Shown here in pieces: positions 61,430-64,000 of a stretch of DNA of 64,000 nt; the stretch's first letter is position 1; each line of letters starts with the position of its first letter. Position numbers and translations under genes: made by a program. The stretch lies in NCBI GenBank assembly GCA_963739395.1, contig CAVUAE010000001.1:710056-774055 (forward strand), given 5' to 3'. The DNA comes from an uncultured Chloroflexia bacterium (lineage in GTDB: Bacteria > Chloroflexota > Dehalococcoidia > Dehalococcoidales > RBG-16-60-22). Under the pieces are notes generated by a model. That model did no database searches and was not told where the DNA came from. It saw nothing but the letters and a program-made list of their open reading frames with translations.

Positions 61430-61885
61430 TTAACGACTTTTTATCGTTCTGGCTAGTTCTCTTTCCGCCTCGCGACGGCTGATAGCCTCGCGTTTATCAT
61501 AGAGTTTTTTGCCTTTAGCCAGGGCTATTTCAACTTTAGCAATGCTACCCTTAAGATATAGTCTGGTCGCCACTAGTGCTAGACCCTTTTCTGCTACCTT
61601 GCCAGTCAGGTTCAATATCTCTTTCCGATGCATCAAGAGTTTACGGGGTCGGGTTGGCTCATGACTCATATAGCTACTAGCCTCATAGCGGGCGATGTGG
61701 GCATTATAAAGCCATAACTCGCCGCGCTCGGGTCGTACATAAGCATCGCCGAGGCTAACTTTACCGCCGCGTACCGACTTTATTTCCGAGCCGGTAAGAG
61801 CGATGCCAGCCTCAAAGGTTTCACCAATAAAATAGTTGTGATAAACCTTACGATTGGTAGCGATATTTTTAATAGCCATATCCAT
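61430..61885 (-). CDS. smpB: SsrA-binding protein SmpB
   Basis: 151 aa. NRKVYHNYFI...GIALTGSEIKS and the basic C-terminal tail are typical of SmpB. Confidence 0.95.
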   Translation of the reverse strand: MDMAIKNIATNRKVYHNYFIGETFEAGIALTGSEIKSVRGGKVSLGDAYVRPERGELWLYNAHIARYEASSYMSHEPTRPRKLLMHRKEILNLTGKVAEKGLALVATRLYLKGSIAKVEIALAKGKKLYDKREAISRREAERELARTIKSR

Positions 61886-61948
61886 TAAATTTTACCACAT
61901 CGAAGAAAGTGCAACCTTGAGATATAAAGTGCCTATTGGAATAATAGA

Positions 61949-63733
61949 CTATTCCACAGTGACGCTTTTAGCCAGGTTACGTGGGAAATCTATCGGGCAG
62001 CCGCGTTCTTTAGCGACAAAGTAGGCTAAAAGCTGCAGGGCTACTGAATTTACTACCGGAGTAAAGAGTGGGTCAACGTGAGGTACCTTAATAACGTAAT
62101 CCGCCAGGTCTTTAATGATTTCATCATCTTCATCGACCAGGGCAATAACTGGCGAACTTCTGGCTTTTATTTCTTTGATGCTGGTGACGATGGCTTCGTA
62201 GGTATTATCTTGAGCAACTACTGCCACCACCGGCGTTTTTTCACCGAGTAAGGCGAAAGGACCGTGCTTTAATTCCCCGGCGGCGTAGCCTTCAGCATGG
62301 ATATAGGATATTTCCTTAAGCTTAAGAGCGCCTTCCAGGGCTACGGGGTAGTTGATGCCCTTGCCGATATAAAAAACATTATCGTAAGTCGCCAGTTTTT
62401 TTGCTAAAGTGGCAATTTCATCCTCGTTATCCAATACCTGCTGTACATTCACCGGCAACTGCCTTAATTCCATGGTAAGTTCATCCAGCTTCGCAGCATC
62501 CACCTTAGCGTAAGGCAAGGCTAACCAATATAGAGAGATTAGTTGGGCAATAAATGATTTACTAGCCGCTACGCTTATCTCTGGTCCGGCGCGTATATAT
62601 ATAACCTTATCGGCAAGGCGAGTAATAGAGCTGCCGACAACGTTGGTAACCGCAATAATGCGACTGCCCTTCCCTTTGAGTTTTTTGACGGCTTTTAGTA
62701 TATCACGGGTCTCACCGGACTGCGTGACAACAATAACCTGATCCCCAGCGGATGACTGCCCACTATAATTAAATTCATCGGCAAGCTCAACTCTTACCGG
62801 AATATCCATCAGACCTTCAATGATGTATTTACCTACCAAGCCAGCATGATACGATGTGCCACATCCAAGGATAATCGTATTCTCTAGACTGCCGCCATCC
62901 GCGCTGGCGAGTTCAACCTTTGGCTCTGAAGTTGAGAGATATTCGGCCAGAGTATCCCTAATAACCTTAGGCTGCTCGTGGATTTCTTTAAGCATAAAGT
63001 GCTCGTAGCCGCCCTTCTGGGCATCTTCCATACTCCACGAAATTTTATGCTCTTTTCGTTTAATAGCGTTGCCATTCTGCCTAACTTTTACATCGGAAGT
63101 AGTAACCACGGCGATGTCGTCATCTTCCAGGTAAATGACGCGACTGGTATAATCCAGCAAAGCCGGCACGTCCGAGGCGATGTAGTTCTCCCGGTCACCG
63201 ATGCCGACTACCAGGGGGCTTTCCTTCCTTATGGCGATCAATCTGTTTTCGCCGACCATCATAGCAATCATGGTATAAGAACCCTCAAGCTCCTGCATCG
63301 CCAGCGCCACGGCTTTTTCAAAATCGCCTTTATAATACTTCTCAATCAAGTGCGGGATAATTTCGGTATCGGTTTCGGAAGCTAGAACATGCCCTTCGGC
63401 TTCCAGTTTTTCCCTTAATTTCATAAAATTATTAATCGTGCCGTTATGGACGACGGCAATCCGCCCTTTGCAGTCGCAATGCGGGTGGGCGTTTATTTTG
63501 TTTGGTACGCCATGAGTCGCCCAGCGTGTGTGCCCGATGCCTGTCTTACCATCATGAGGCTTAAGCATTTGTGCCAGGGCTTTTACGCGAATGGCGTCTT
63601 TATAAACTTTAATATCACCATTATCGATGGCGATACCGCAGGAATCATAGCCGCGGTATTCCAGTTTGCCCAGAGAATTTAAGAGAATCGGTTGGGCTTT
63701 TTTATCTCCGATGTATCCGACGATGCCACACAT
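61949..63733 (-). CDS. glmS: Glutamine-fructose-6-phosphate aminotransferase
   Basis: MCGIVGYIG N-terminal nucleophile, two SIS domains, C-terminal KSVTVE. Confidence 0.95.
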   Translation of the reverse strand: MCGIVGYIGDKKAQPILLNSLGKLEYRGYDSCGIAIDNGDIKVYKDAIRVKALAQMLKPHDGKTGIGHTRWATHGVPNKINAHPHCDCKGRIAVVHNGTINNFMKLREKLEAEGHVLASETDTEIIPHLIEKYYKGDFEKAVALAMQELEGSYTMIAMMVGENRLIAIRKESPLVVGIGDRENYIASDVPALLDYTSRVIYLEDDDIAVVTTSDVKVRQNGNAIKRKEHKISWSMEDAQKGGYEHFMLKEIHEQPKVIRDTLAEYLSTSEPKVELASADGGSLENTIILGCGTSYHAGLVGKYIIEGLMDIPVRVELADEFNYSGQSSAGDQVIVVTQSGETRDILKAVKKLKGKGSRIIAVTNVVGSSITRLADKVIYIRAGPEISVAASKSFIAQLISLYWLALPYAKVDAAKLDELTMELRQLPVNVQQVLDNEDEIATLAKKLATYDNVFYIGKGINYPVALEGALKLKEISYIHAEGYAAGELKHGPFALLGEKTPVVAVVAQDNTYEAIVTSIKEIKARSSPVIALVDEDDEIIKDLADYVIKVPHVDPLFTPVVNSVALQLLAYFVAKERGCPIDFPRNLAKSVTVE

Positions 63734-63745
63734 TATGTCAATTCC

Positions 63746-64000
63746 TTAATAAACTAAGCTACGGTCGGGTAAACGACCGCTGATTAATTTCATGAGCTGA
63801 ATCTGGCAGTAATTGCCTACAATTACACCCGGTTGTGCGGTTACATTACTTTCAATCTTACAATCCTCGCCCATGATGACGCCAACATTTATCTTAGGGC
63901 TTTCTTCACTGATTCGAACGTCGCTGGGTCCGCCAAGGGCGGTAAATCTTCCTTTAATGACGCAGCCTTTATCGATTACCGAATCGCTGATAAAGCAGCC
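63746..64000 (-). CDS. Hexapeptide-repeat (left-handed beta-helix) protein, C-terminal fragment; likely GlmU-like sugar-phosphate nucleotidyl/acetyltransferase
   Basis: Hand translation: ...CFISDSVIDKGCVIKGRFTALGGPSDVRISEESPKINVGVIMGEDCKIESNVTAQPGVIVGNYCQIQLMKLISGRLPDRSLVY-stop. [LIV]-G-x4 periodicity. 12 nt upstream of glmS. Confidence 0.5.
   Translation of the reverse strand, partial: GCFISDSVIDKGCVIKGRFTALGGPSDVRISEESPKINVGVIMGEDCKIESNVTAQPGVIVGNYCQIQLMKLISGRLPDRSLVY

Noticed and set aside
60840-61482. ORFs 60840-61139, 61066-61278 and 61300-61482 (plus strand), and 60608-60934 (minus strand).
   Set aside because: They overlap the tmRNA gene or its flank, or the 3' end of the beta-helix gene. 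They have no RBS or motifs. The tmRNA call explains the region.
63734-63745. Looked for a glmS ribozyme upstream of glmS.
   Set aside because: Only 12 nt separate glmS from the upstream gene stop, so there is no room for the ribozyme.

Overview
Bacterial chromosomal window, almost fully coding and mostly on the minus strand. The gene content and the ssrA-linked island architecture resemble Chloroflexota/Dehalococcoidia-like genomes, but that is inference only.

Layout, left to right:
1. Chemotaxis cluster: cheD fragment, CheC/CheX-like phosphatase, cheA, cheW and a Cache-HAMP MCP.
2. Two three-subunit molybdopterin oxidoreductase modules (catalytic subunit, 4Fe-4S subunit, NrfD-like anchor). 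Neither catalytic subunit shows a twin-arginine signal. One module is co-transcribed with a b-type cytochrome, a UbiA prenyltransferase, a SPASM radical-SAM enzyme and a SAM methyltransferase.
3. Nitrogen genes: PII, Amt and an FMN glutamate-synthase-like protein.
4. modABC, preceded by a likely Moco riboswitch plus terminator.
5. A 14-kb plus-strand Wzm/Wzt ABC-transporter-dependent glycan cluster. It encodes a CDP-hexose pathway with a sugar C-methyltransferase, three further methyltransferases, a radical-SAM enzyme and tandem glycosyltransferase paralogues.
6. A visibly AT-rich patch carrying an XRE/ImmA pair and a B12-binding radical-SAM gene. The radical-SAM gene is bracketed by a 22-nt direct repeat. 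A protein with an internal MoaF-like duplication follows.
7. The main finding: smpB-ssrA (tmRNA, 61072-61418, minus strand) followed downstream by four extra degenerate copies of the tmRNA 3' end (58901, 56000, 52388, 44381). These cut about 17 kb into four integrase-less modules:
   - a beta-helix lipoprotein;
   - a lone 889-aa protein with an unassigned N-domain, an AAA+ domain and two RyR domains;
   - two GH130 genes;
   - a complete T-box-controlled trp operon carrying its own DAHP synthase.
8. glmS and a hexapeptide-repeat gene fragment close the window.

No CRISPR array, rRNA or tRNA gene was seen. All calls come from reading the sequence and the ORF track. No searches were run.
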